DNA of 62,328 nucleotides, from positions 1 to 62,328 of IMG/VR virus record IMGVR_UViG_3300028024_000186. One strand, 5' to 3'. Positions 37,152-46,209 of the stretch are shown here, one piece after another (the stretch's first letter is position 1; each line of letters opens with the position of its first letter). The notes under the pieces were generated by a model that ran no database searches, was not told the origin of the DNA, and was given only the letters and a program-made list of their open reading frames with translations. This DNA comes from a virus (lineage: Duplodnaviria > Caudoviricetes). The position numbers and the translations under genes were made by a program.

Positions 37152-38428
37152 GCATCCCAACCTGCGCAGTCAGCGTCAAACTGTATGACCAGAACGCCCA
37201 GGCCGTGGCCGGCGCGTCGATCACGGCCCAACTCGACCGGTACGAGATCCATGATGGATTCGTGGTCCCGCAGCTCGTCGAGGCGGTGACGGACGAATTT
37301 GGGGAATGCACGCTGAATCTGTGGCCCAACTCGCTCGGCTCGCAGTCCTCGAACTACAAGATCAAGGTCCAGCCGACGGACGCCAAGGGCTACAGCACCA
37401 TCGCAATGGTGCCGGATGCGCCCACGGCAAACTTGTCGGAGATCGCGCAACTGCCGGAGATTCCGGGCAAGAGCGACTTTCAGGACTTCTTCGAGCAGGC
37501 GCAAGGCCTGGCCCAGGATCTGGTAGACAGCGCCAACGCGGCCAAGATCGCCGCGCAGGCAGCGCAGGCCGCCGCCGAAGCCAGTGCTACGGCGGCGGCC
37601 GACAGAGCGACGGAAGCCGGCCAGCAGGCTGCGGCTGCGCTGGCTTCCTCCCAATCAGCACAGCAGAGCGCGAACGAAGCGGCGGCTTCGCTGGTGAATG
37701 TCGCGGCGCAGGTCTCGGCGACGGCGGCCAGTGCCACCGCAGCCGCCGCGAGCGCCGACATGGCGACCACGAAGGCGGGAGAGGCGTCGGCGAGTGCGAC
37801 TGCCGCCGCCGGCTCGGCCACGGCGGCATCGACCAGCGAAGGGTACGCCAGCGCCTCGGCCTCAGCGGCTGCGGGGTCGGCGACGGCGGCCAGCACCAGC
37901 GCTGGCACCGCCACGACCAAGGCGGGGGAGGCAGCAGCCAGCGCCACCGCTGCGGCTGGTTCCGTCACTGCAGCCGCGACTCAGGCCGGCACGGCCACCA
38001 CGCAGGCGGGAAACGCTGCCGCGAGCGCTACGGCGGCTGCGGGCAGTGCAACAGCAGCCGGGACGAGCGCGACGGCAGCGGGGGCGGCTCAGGTGGCGGC
38101 GGAGGCAGCGCGCGATCTGGCGCAAGGGTATGCCAATGTCGGCGCGCCGACCGTGGTCAAGCCCGGCGATGCGAGTCTGACGACCGGGCGAGTGCGCAAC
38201 ACCGTTGTCATCTATAGCCAGACCACCACCGCGACTCGAACGGTGACGCTCAATGCGACAGACCCGGCTCTTGGCGATACCGTCCATGTGATTCGTGCCG
38301 CGGGCGGATCGAGCGTCCAGTTACTCGATAGCGTGGGTGGATGGATGAGGTCGCTCGCTGTCGGGCAATTTGCAGATGCCGTCTATGACGGTACGGCCTG
38401 GGTTCTCATCGGCTTTGGCAGCGTGTAA
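37148..38428 (+). CDS. Tail fibre-like protein with an Ala/Ser/Thr-rich shaft
   Basis: Stf-like N-terminus, repeated [18 protein letters not shown] and a YDGTAW end. Confidence 0.75.
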   Translation: MSIPTCAVSVKLYDQNAQAVAGASITAQLDRYEIHDGFVVPQLVEAVTDEFGECTLNLWPNSLGSQSSNYKIKVQPTDAKGYSTIAMVPDAPTANLSEIAQLPEIPGKSDFQDFFEQAQGLAQDLVDSANAAKIAAQAAQAAAEASATAAADRATEAGQQAAAALASSQSAQQSANEAAASLVNVAAQVSATAASATAAAASADMATTKAGEASASATAAAGSATAASTSEGYASASASAAAGSATAASTSAGTATTKAGEAAASATAAAGSVTAAATQAGTATTQAGNAAASATAAAGSATAAGTSATAAGAAQVAAEAARDLAQGYANVGAPTVVKPGDASLTTGRVRNTVVIYSQTTTATRTVTLNATDPALGDTVHVIRAAGGSSVQLLDSVGGWMRSLAVGQFADAVYDGTAWVLIGFGSV

Positions 38429-38454
38429 CCATAACCACCACGGATAGAACCTCG

Positions 38455-40620
38455 ATGGAAACTGACCACCTCATCCTGCGAGAGGACGTGCTTCGAACCG
38501 TGACGGTGTCGGAGCAAGAAGCGAATCTCAAGTACCTGGAGCAGAAGGCAATCGAGCAGACCACGACGGCAGAAGAACATGCCGATGCCGCGGATGCGGC
38601 CCAGGTCGCGGCGGCGCAGGCTCAGGCCGTGGCCATTGCGAGCGCTACGGCTGCGGCGCAGGCAAAGAGCGATGCGGCAGCCAGTGCCACCCAGGCAATA
38701 AGCGCGAAGCAGGTGGCAGAGGCGGCGCGCGATACCGCTGTGTCCGGGGCAGATACCGTCGTTGCGAGGGCTGCCGAGGCGGCGGAAAGCGCTGGCGTCG
38801 CGAGCGGCGCGGCAGCAAGTGCCCTCACTGATGCGGAGACGGCGGCGACGCAAGCAGGAACTGCGACTGCGCAGGCAGGGATCGCAGCAGCACAAGCTGG
38901 CGTTGCAGCTATGCAGGCTGGTAGTGCGGCTGCAAGCGCAGTCGTTGCACAAACGGCTGCCGACCAAGCCTCTGCCGTAGGAAACACCTATATCGACATT
39001 GCTTCCGGCCTTGCTGCGACCGTCAGCGGCAAGAGTTTCGCCGTCTTCAGCGGGGACTACGTGAATGTGTACAAGAACAATTCTGGCGTAGCTATCTTGC
39101 TCGGACAATATTACGCAGCCCCGCACATTGATGCATCAATGCCGCCAGGTTATGAGAAATGCGGCCGACTTCATGCTTTCATTGATGGCGCAGGGAATGA
39201 TGTCGGAGGATGGGATTTGGATGGTCATCTGTATACCGGAGCCATTCCTCAGGTCGATGTCAAAGCGGACACGGCTTACACGCGCTCGCAGACTACTTTC
39301 CCCTATACAACAAAGGCCCTCGGCTTCTCGCTGCGCGGGACCAGTCGATTCGCGCCGGCATCCATCGGAGCCATCGGCAACAGTATTGCCGGGCAGTCAG
39401 GTAAGCCAACGGACATAGGTGGCACGCAGTGGAAGGCAAAGGGCCTGCTTCAGGCTATATCGGCCTACTATGGGCAGGCGGTCTACGTTAAGGAGGATGC
39501 CATCTTCGCGCGCGGGGGCAAGTATGCAACCCACATCCGCAACGCCCTCCTGCACCTTCCTGATACCGGCGAAACGGTCCCGGCTGTCTTCGATTGGAAC
39601 ACGACTTTTGACCCGGATAGGCTGGCAGATTACACATTCCTGCACCTGTTCGAAAACGATGTGTTGAGTGCGGAGGCTTGGGGCGATTCTCTGGCGGCCG
39701 CAACGCAGATTATCGAGGCAACGCGACATCGCACACGACTGATCGTCTGCGACATTCTGATGAGCAATGCGTGGACCGCCGCCACTGCAGACAAATACAG
39801 TTACTTGAATGGGCAGTTGCAGACGTTGGCGGTCCAATACGGCCTGACTTTCGTCAAGGTCAGCGACTATTGGCAAGACACCTCCGTCGCCTACCCGAAG
39901 GGGCTCTCAACTGGCAACTGGATCGACACCATTCACCCAACTCCGAAGGGAGCCCTTGCATTGTCGCGCGATAGACTGGTGCCCGCAATGGATCGGGCCC
40001 TGAGCCTGACGAATCCGCTGAAGAAGACAGCGCGACTTGCGAACGTTACGCAGGCCTGGCAGGCCATGACGAACTTCATTTCCAACTGGAAGCTGTCTGG
40101 CACTGCTGGCACGGTAGGAGCCGGGGTAACGGGAACGGTTCCGGACGGCTGGAATGCAACCAACTATGTGCCGTCCGGCAGCGGCGGTACCGTGATTTCC
40201 GCCGTGGCGCGCGCTGATGTGTCGGGCGCATTCTGGCAGCAGCTGCACTACACCTCAACGAGCGGCAGTGGCGATACCGGACTCAATATCACCGTCCCGC
40301 TCCCTGCCGGCGTTGTGGCTGGGGACGAAATCGAACTGATCTGCGACGTCGATATGGACAATGCCCCGGTGGGCTTCCGAGGGGTGACAGTCCAGATCCG
40401 CCAGTCCGGCACTTTCTACGGCAGCGGGAATTTGCAATCCTTCGAGGTCGACACGGAACTTCCCATCCAGGGGCGCCGAGACAAGTCGAACCGGGTCGTG
40501 GTTGGTGCGGGCGTCACGTCCGTCGATTTGTACATCAAGGCCATTGCCACGCTGGCGAGTACTGCGGTGGATTTCACTGTGCGGTTCAGCTTGCCGGTGC
40601 TGCGCAAGGTGGAGGAATAA
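38455..40620 (+). CDS. Tailspike/fibre with an SGNH esterase domain and a carbohydrate-binding-like C-terminus
   Basis: GNSI (block I), END (block III) and DTIHP (block V); Ala-rich N-terminal shaft. Confidence 0.75.
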   Translation: METDHLILREDVLRTVTVSEQEANLKYLEQKAIEQTTTAEEHADAADAAQVAAAQAQAVAIASATAAAQAKSDAAASATQAISAKQVAEAARDTAVSGADTVVARAAEAAESAGVASGAAASALTDAETAATQAGTATAQAGIAAAQAGVAAMQAGSAAASAVVAQTAADQASAVGNTYIDIASGLAATVSGKSFAVFSGDYVNVYKNNSGVAILLGQYYAAPHIDASMPPGYEKCGRLHAFIDGAGNDVGGWDLDGHLYTGAIPQVDVKADTAYTRSQTTFPYTTKALGFSLRGTSRFAPASIGAIGNSIAGQSGKPTDIGGTQWKAKGLLQAISAYYGQAVYVKEDAIFARGGKYATHIRNALLHLPDTGETVPAVFDWNTTFDPDRLADYTFLHLFENDVLSAEAWGDSLAAATQIIEATRHRTRLIVCDILMSNAWTAATADKYSYLNGQLQTLAVQYGLTFVKVSDYWQDTSVAYPKGLSTGNWIDTIHPTPKGALALSRDRLVPAMDRALSLTNPLKKTARLANVTQAWQAMTNFISNWKLSGTAGTVGAGVTGTVPDGWNATNYVPSGSGGTVISAVARADVSGAFWQQLHYTSTSGSGDTGLNITVPLPAGVVAGDEIELICDVDMDNAPVGFRGVTVQIRQSGTFYGSGNLQSFEVDTELPIQGRRDKSNRVVVGAGVTSVDLYIKAIATLASTAVDFTVRFSLPVLRKVEE

Positions 40621-40623
40621 GCG

Positions 40624-41388
40624 ATGACCGTATTTAAGACCAATTCAGTCGCTAACAACTTCGCGGGCAGCAAGCTGTACCCAATCGGCGGTATGACACC
40701 GAGCACGGTGTTTTGGTACGCTGCCGCGAACAAGGCGTCATGGCCACGACAGGCCGCGCCGCAGAGCGGCGATGTGTGGGAAAATCTTGTTTCGCCCGGC
40801 ACTGGCGATGCGACGTTCACAACTCCAGGCGCTTTCACCTGGGATGCCGGCAGCGGCTTCACCACGCCGCCGCTTGGCACCACGGAAAAGATCATCCTGA
40901 ATGGCGGCGCCGGCCTGGCGAACCAGACGAAGTTTCTGGCGATGGTGCATTTCGTGCACCGCGCACAGGATGTGGGGCAAGCGTCTGGCGATCACCAAAT
41001 TCTGGACGCCGGGAATCTTGTACAACTCAGCTATAGAAAATCAGATGGGTCGTTCCGTGCATACTCGGGCATCAGCTCGACTGGGGCGGCCTTGGTGCTC
41101 GCGGCCCCGGTAGTTGGCACGGAATACATGCTCCATGTCGCCTATGACCCCGCCACAAAGAAAATGAGTTTTTACGTCAACGGGGCGACTCCAGAGGTGG
41201 CGTCGATGACGTTTGGTGGAACGGCTCCGATCAACCCGGATCCCACCGCGCAGGTTCTGTCACTAGGCAAGACCACTCCATCGTCTGTCGCGCAATATTG
41301 CGGAACCTACAAGGCCGCCGCTTACGATACCCTGGCATCGGGGGGCGATGTAGCTACTCTCGTGAAGGCGGCGTGGGCGAGTCGATAG
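40624..41388 (+). CDS. LamG/concanavalin-like beta-sandwich protein
   Basis: HVAYD....FYVNG pattern; follows the tailspike. Confidence 0.6.
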   Translation: MTVFKTNSVANNFAGSKLYPIGGMTPSTVFWYAAANKASWPRQAAPQSGDVWENLVSPGTGDATFTTPGAFTWDAGSGFTTPPLGTTEKIILNGGAGLANQTKFLAMVHFVHRAQDVGQASGDHQILDAGNLVQLSYRKSDGSFRAYSGISSTGAALVLAAPVVGTEYMLHVAYDPATKKMSFYVNGATPEVASMTFGGTAPINPDPTAQVLSLGKTTPSSVAQYCGTYKAAAYDTLASGGDVATLVKAAWASR

Positions 41389-41407
41389 ATTGGGTGTCGC
41401 CCCATAT

Positions 41408-41430
41408 AAGCTCGCATCGAGCGGGCTTTT
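41408..41430 (+). terminator. Rho-independent terminator
   Basis: aagctcgc-atcga-gcgggctttt. Confidence 0.7.
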
Positions 41431-41448
41431 CATTCCCCGCCGACCAAG

Positions 41449-41475
41449 CTCGAATTACTCACCACGCCATAGCAT
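41449..41475 (+). promoter_or_regulatory. Putative late promoter 3
   Basis: CTCGAATT-N13-TAGCAT. Confidence 0.7.
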
Positions 41476-41548
41476 CAAATCAACCCAAAGGTCGGTTTCT
41501 TCCTGAGTTGCCACGATAGCCAGACTGGTCCAATGGGGAAAGCCTCAC

Positions 41549-41570
41549 AGCCACCGTCGGGTGGCTTTTT
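41549..41570 (+). terminator. Rho-independent terminator
   Basis: agccacc-gtcg-ggtggcttttt. Confidence 0.75.
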
Positions 41571-41591
41571 CACGCCATCAAGGAACAGGCT

Positions 41592-41816
41592 ATGCGCAAG
41601 TACCTGCTGAACCTTCTCATCGCCATCGACCAAGGCGCCAACACCCTGCTTGGCGGCGACCCCGACGAAACGATCTCCAGCCGGGCCGGCAAGGGACAGG
41701 CAGAGGGCAAGCGCTGGGCTTGCGTGCTTTGCCGCTTCCTCGACTGGTTCGAGCGAGGCCACTGCACCAAGTCCATCGAGCGCAATGAGGGCGCCGACGC
41801 CGTGGTCACGGATTGA
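41592..41816 (+). CDS. Conserved phage hypothetical protein (IDQ..N...GG.PDETISSR..HC family)
   Basis: Motif recognition; AAGGA RBS. Confidence 0.8.
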   Translation: MRKYLLNLLIAIDQGANTLLGGDPDETISSRAGKGQAEGKRWACVLCRFLDWFERGHCTKSIERNEGADAVVTD

Positions 41817-41832
41817 GGCCACAACTGGCCGA

Positions 41833-41859
41833 CTCGAATTGCTCCACGCGCAATAGCAT
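41833..41859 (+). promoter_or_regulatory. Putative late promoter 4 (scaffold and capsid)
   Basis: CTCGAATT-N13-TAGCAT. Confidence 0.72.
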
Positions 41860-41955
41860 CCACATCAACCCAGCACGGTAGCCGTGCCGCCCGGATAGGC
41901 GGACCGTGACATGGATTGAACCTCGCAGCCAACGCGATACGTGGAGTGGAGTGGA

Positions 41956-43017
41956 ATGGAAATTGACCTGAGCAACGCAAGCCCCGAGGAACTTCTGAAG
42001 GCCTATGAGGTCGCCGAAAGCGGAGCGGAACTGGCGACAGCCAGCGCAACCGCTACCGTAGCGACCGAAGTGAAGCCGGACGAGGCAGCCAAGGCGGCGC
42101 AGGAAGCCGCCGATGCCGCAGCAGCGAAGGCAGCCGAAGAGGCAGCCGAGGCTGCGAAGAAGGCGGCAGGGGAGGCAGCGAAGGTCGAGACGACGCAGGA
42201 GAACGAAGGCAACGTGGAAGGCGTACTTGCCCGCGACGGCAAGAATGTCATCCCGTTTTCGGTGCTGAAGAGTGAGCGTGACCGGGCGGCCCGGGCCGAG
42301 CAATTGGCCAAGGAAGCATCGGACAAGATCGCCGCGCTCGAAGCGCAGCTTGCCGCAGGGAATCAAGGGGCGAAATCTGGTGAAGGCGCCCGCACCACCG
42401 AGGCAGCACCCGAAGCCGATGCAATGACGCCCGAGGAGTTGGAGGCCTTCAAGGAAGACTTCCCGATCCAGTACAAGGCCTACATGGCGCAGCAAGCGAC
42501 CATCAAGGCCTTGAGGGCACAGCACCAGCAGGTCGAGCAGGACAGGCAACAGCAACAGGTCGAGCGCCAGCGCACCCAGGCAGAACAGGTCCGGGATGCC
42601 ATCGACGCGACGCCAAAGCTGGCGCATATCCAAGCCACCGACCCGGATCGGTTCGCAACCGCCCAGCGCTTCGACGCTGTGCTGCGAGAAGACCCGAAGT
42701 GGGCCGAAAAGCCCCTGGCTGAGCGCTTTGCCGAAGTGGTCAAGCTCGTCGAGACGACGCACGGCGCAATCGAAATCCCGGGCGCGAAAACCAACCCTCC
42801 GCAGAAATCGCCGGAAGAGTTGCGCAAGGAAGCGGAGGCCGTGGCCGCCGCGTCGGCAAAGAAGACCGTGCCGACCTCCATGTCCGACTTCCCGGCCGGT
42901 GCTGCGCCGGCGAACAGCGAGAAAGAAGCCTTGGAGGGTATGACCACCCTCCAACTGGCGGACAAGTTCGCAAAGATGTCGCCCGAGCAGCAGGAAGCCT
43001 ATTTCAGCTCTCTCTGA
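41956..43017 (+). CDS. Scaffolding protein
   Basis: Helical A/E/Q-rich protein directly upstream of the capsid gene; DGKNVIPFSVL..ER. Confidence 0.8.
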   Translation: MEIDLSNASPEELLKAYEVAESGAELATASATATVATEVKPDEAAKAAQEAADAAAAKAAEEAAEAAKKAAGEAAKVETTQENEGNVEGVLARDGKNVIPFSVLKSERDRAARAEQLAKEASDKIAALEAQLAAGNQGAKSGEGARTTEAAPEADAMTPEELEAFKEDFPIQYKAYMAQQATIKALRAQHQQVEQDRQQQQVERQRTQAEQVRDAIDATPKLAHIQATDPDRFATAQRFDAVLREDPKWAEKPLAERFAEVVKLVETTHGAIEIPGAKTNPPQKSPEELRKEAEAVAAASAKKTVPTSMSDFPAGAAPANSEKEALEGMTTLQLADKFAKMSPEQQEAYFSSL

Positions 43018-43029
43018 TCGAGGAAGACC

Positions 43030-44298
43030 ATGACGACCAGCATTCCCTACGGCAGCCCCCTCGCCGCCAAAGTGTACGGCGTGGGCCTGTTCTCCCGCGT
43101 GCAATCCGCACCGGGCTTCATGAACCTGCTTTCGGGCGAAATGCCCAAGGAAGGTTCGTTCGCCTCCAAGGCCAAGGGGCAGACCAGCCCCGACTATCCC
43201 ATCGTGAAAGCGGGAGACCTGGCGAAGGCCGCCGGCGACACCGTGACGGTGGACCTGTTCAACCCGCTGCAAGGCAAGCCGGTGATGGGCGACAAGCGCG
43301 TGGCCGGCAAGATGATGGGCCTCACGTCGTCGACGATGGAGGTGTCCATCAACCAGACCCGCGGCGGCGCCGACAGCGGCGGCAAGATGACGCAGAAGCG
43401 CACCAAGCACAATCTGCGCGGCATCGCGATGGCCGGCTTGCAGGGATGGGCGCAGCGACTGGAAGACCAGACCTCGCTCGTGCATCTCGCCGGTGCGCGC
43501 GGCGACCAGATCACCAGCGACTGGGTTGTGCCCTTTCAGAACGACGGCGAGTTCGCGGAAATCCTGGTGAACCCGGTGAAGGCGCCGACCAAGAACCGCT
43601 ACTACGCGGCCAACGACGCGACCAGCCCGGCGGACATCGGCACCAACGATGCGCTGACCTTCCAGGACGTCGACCGCATCGTGTCGATGCAGCGCGAGTC
43701 GCCGGTGGTGCTGCAGCCCATCAAGATCAAGGGCGACGACCGCGCGTGGAACGATCCGCTGTGGGCGCTGTTCGTGACCGAGCGCCAATGGCTGTACATG
43801 AAGTCGCGGACGAGCCAGACCGACTGGCGCCAGGCCATGCAAAACGCCTTCGAGCGCAAGTCCGCCGGCGTGAAGCACCCGCTGTTCGACAGCTACGAAA
43901 CCCTGATGTGGAACGGCGTGCTGATCAAGCGCATGAACCGCTACGCGATCCGCTTCAACACCGGCTCGAACGTGGTCATCGACACCGGCGGCGCCGACGG
44001 CGGCACGTACACCGAGTCGACGGTGCAGACCGCGCAGCCGGTCGACCGCGCGATCCTGGTGGGCGCGCAGGCGCTGGCCAAGGCCTACGGCAAGTCGAAC
44101 AGCGACTACTTCTACGACTGGTCGGAAGAAGAAGTCGACCACAAGAACTCCATCGAGATCGTGGTGGGTTCGATGAGCGGCACGGCGAAGATCCGTTTCA
44201 AGGTCGACGGCGTCGACACCGACCACGGCGTGGCGGTGATCGACTCGTACGCCCCGGACCCCGCCTCGGCCGCCGGTCGCACGCTGCTGGGCTCGTAA
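43030..44298 (+). CDS. Major capsid protein (N4-gp56/DUF4043-like)
   Basis: DLAKAAGDTVT.DL, GGKMTQKRT.HNLR, HPLF and RAILVGAQAL motifs. Confidence 0.92.
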   Translation: MTTSIPYGSPLAAKVYGVGLFSRVQSAPGFMNLLSGEMPKEGSFASKAKGQTSPDYPIVKAGDLAKAAGDTVTVDLFNPLQGKPVMGDKRVAGKMMGLTSSTMEVSINQTRGGADSGGKMTQKRTKHNLRGIAMAGLQGWAQRLEDQTSLVHLAGARGDQITSDWVVPFQNDGEFAEILVNPVKAPTKNRYYAANDATSPADIGTNDALTFQDVDRIVSMQRESPVVLQPIKIKGDDRAWNDPLWALFVTERQWLYMKSRTSQTDWRQAMQNAFERKSAGVKHPLFDSYETLMWNGVLIKRMNRYAIRFNTGSNVVIDTGGADGGTYTESTVQTAQPVDRAILVGAQALAKAYGKSNSDYFYDWSEEEVDHKNSIEIVVGSMSGTAKIRFKVDGVDTDHGVAVIDSYAPDPASAAGRTLLGS

Positions 44299-44351
44299 TC
44301 GGGACATGACCAACGGGGCGGGCAGGGCGCCCGCCCCAACAGGAGAGAAAT

Positions 44352-44753
44352 ATGACCACCCTCAATGCTTCGACGTTGCGAGACGTGCAGTACTCGGGCG
44401 AGGCGCCGTTGGCGGCGGCGCACGGCAAATACACGCTGGCCGTCGCCCAGATCGGCGACAAGGTGCGCCTGAACCTGGTATCGGCCGGCACCAAGGTCGA
44501 TCAGTCGCGCCTGATCAACGGCGCGCTCGGCGCGAGCACGACCATCTCGCTTGGCTACGAGTACGCGGACGGCTCCGGCGGCGATGCTACGGCGTTCTTC
44601 AACGCACAGGCTACCGCCTCGGCCGCGTCGACGATCTCGGCATCCAAGCCGGTCTTCATCCCCAAGGACGCCTACATCGTGGCCACCGTGGGCGGCGCGG
44701 TCGCATCCGGCGACATCGATACGGTTCTGTTCTACGAGCCGCGCGGCATCTAA
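44352..44753 (+). CDS. Virion protein (capsid decoration candidate)
   Basis: Beta-rich 133 aa after the capsid gene; AGGAG RBS. Confidence 0.75.
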   Translation: MTTLNASTLRDVQYSGEAPLAAAHGKYTLAVAQIGDKVRLNLVSAGTKVDQSRLINGALGASTTISLGYEYADGSGGDATAFFNAQATASAASTISASKPVFIPKDAYIVATVGGAVASGDIDTVLFYEPRGI

Positions 44754-44782
44754 GCACGCCGTCCGCATCGGCGCAGTCTGGA

Positions 44783-44812
44783 GCGGGGCGACACGCGCCG
44801 CCCCGTTTTCTT
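44783..44812 (+). terminator. Terminator after the capsid genes
   Basis: gcggggcg...cgccccgttttctt. Confidence 0.6.
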
Positions 44813-44832
44813 GACCTACCTTGAGGATCATC

Positions 44833-45240
44833 ATGATCGGAATCGTGTATGTGGGACTGAAGCCCTGGGCGCGTGACAACGTGGCCGGCTCCGGGAAATC
44901 CTGGGCCGGCCGCGGCGACGTGCAGGAAGTCTCGGAAAACCAGGCCAAGGTGCTGCTGAAGTATCCGGACCAGTGGGGCCTGGAGAATCCGGAGGACGCG
45001 GATCAGCTTGGCGGCCCCGTGATGGTATCGGTCATCGACCCGACCACGGGCGAGAAGACCGAAGTTGCTCAGTCCAGCCTGGCGAAGCCGCTGGAGAAGA
45101 TGAGCAAGGCCGAACTGGCCGCCTTCGGCGCAAAGATGAAGCTCTCGCTCGCGCCGACCCTGAGCAAGAAGCAGATGATCGACGCTATCGAAGAAGCCCA
45201 GAAGGGTCCCGAGCCGCTGCAACCCGGCGTCGCGCCGTAA
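44833..45240 (+). CDS. Hypothetical virion-region protein with a Rho-N/HeH-like C-terminus
   Basis: LEKMSKAELAAF...SKKQMIDAI. Confidence 0.65.
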   Translation: MIGIVYVGLKPWARDNVAGSGKSWAGRGDVQEVSENQAKVLLKYPDQWGLENPEDADQLGGPVMVSVIDPTTGEKTEVAQSSLAKPLEKMSKAELAAFGAKMKLSLAPTLSKKQMIDAIEEAQKGPEPLQPGVAP

Positions 45241-45243
45241 GCC

Positions 45244-45573
45244 ATGCCGACGGTTCAGCAGGTCATCAACAACGGGCGCGTGCCGCTGAATGATGCGGAC
45301 AAGGACCGCTACTCGGACGCCGACATGCTCGGCTTCGTGAACGACGGCCTAGCCGAAATCTATGGCATGCGGCCGGACCTGCGCTTCGGGCGATTTAGCC
45401 AAGCGGTGCCCACGCTCGGGCTCTCCGACGACTTCCCGCTCTCGCCACAGCATGCGGTGGCGATGCAGCATTACTTGGTCTTCCGGGCCGAGATGAAAGA
45501 CGACGAGCACGTCAACGCCAACCGCGAAGTCAAGGCCTACAAACTGTTCCAGACCCTGGTATCTGCCACATGA
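45244..45573 (+). CDS. Head-tail adaptor-like protein
   Basis: R..LND....YSD..L.FVNDG....RPD motif. Confidence 0.7.
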   Translation: MPTVQQVINNGRVPLNDADKDRYSDADMLGFVNDGLAEIYGMRPDLRFGRFSQAVPTLGLSDDFPLSPQHAVAMQHYLVFRAEMKDDEHVNANREVKAYKLFQTLVSAT

Positions 45574-46199
45574 CCAAGTACACCGACCTGTTCGATGAGG
45601 TCTTGCCGGAGGTGCCCGGGGTGCCGCAGGACCTGGCCGCCAACGCCATTCGCAATACGGTGATCGAGTTTTGCCAAGGCTCATGGTGCTGGCGCTACAT
45701 CATGGATCCCGCGCCCGTTCTGGCCGGGCTGAACATCTACGAACTGGACCCGCCGCCGGGCGCGGAGGTTGCGCAGGTGCTGCTGGTCAGCGTAGACGGC
45801 AAGGAAATCCACCCCATCGGGCAATCGGACCTCGTGGCGCGCTTGCCGCTGTGGGCGACCGAGCGCGGCGAGGTGAAGTACTTCCTGACCGACGATCCGG
45901 CCCAGGTGATCCTGGCCCCCGTGCCGGTCCGGAAGATTGCCGGCGGCCTGGTTGTCACGGCGGCGTTGCAGCCCACGCGCGCCTCGACGACGTTCCCTAC
46001 CTGGATCTGGTCGCGGTACTTCGATGCTCTGGCCGACGGCGCCAAGGCGCGGCTACTGGCGATGCCCAAGAAGCCGTGGACAAGCCCGGAGCTGTTCACG
46101 CTCTACCGCGGCCGCTTCGATGCGGCGATGGGTGGGGCCAAGGCGGAATCGCACCGCGGCCTGACGCGCGCACCGCAGCGCACCACGTCGTACCACTGA
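45570..46199 (+). CDS. Tail adaptor / structural protein
   Basis: Position; EFC..S..WR and GAKARLL.MP.KPWT motifs. Confidence 0.7.
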   Translation: MTKYTDLFDEVLPEVPGVPQDLAANAIRNTVIEFCQGSWCWRYIMDPAPVLAGLNIYELDPPPGAEVAQVLLVSVDGKEIHPIGQSDLVARLPLWATERGEVKYFLTDDPAQVILAPVPVRKIAGGLVVTAALQPTRASTTFPTWIWSRYFDALADGAKARLLAMPKKPWTSPELFTLYRGRFDAAMGGAKAESHRGLTRAPQRTTSYH

Positions 46200-46209
46200 T
46201 ACCCGGCCG

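Noticed and set aside
37690-38070. Ala/Ser/Thr-rich repeats as a separate repeat element
   Set aside because: Degenerate at the DNA level and explained by the fibre shaft
41806-44313. 835-aa minus-strand ORF (likewise 46096-47967 and 54109-56430)
   Set aside because: Shadow frames opposite well-supported GC-rich structural genes, with no motifs or RBS
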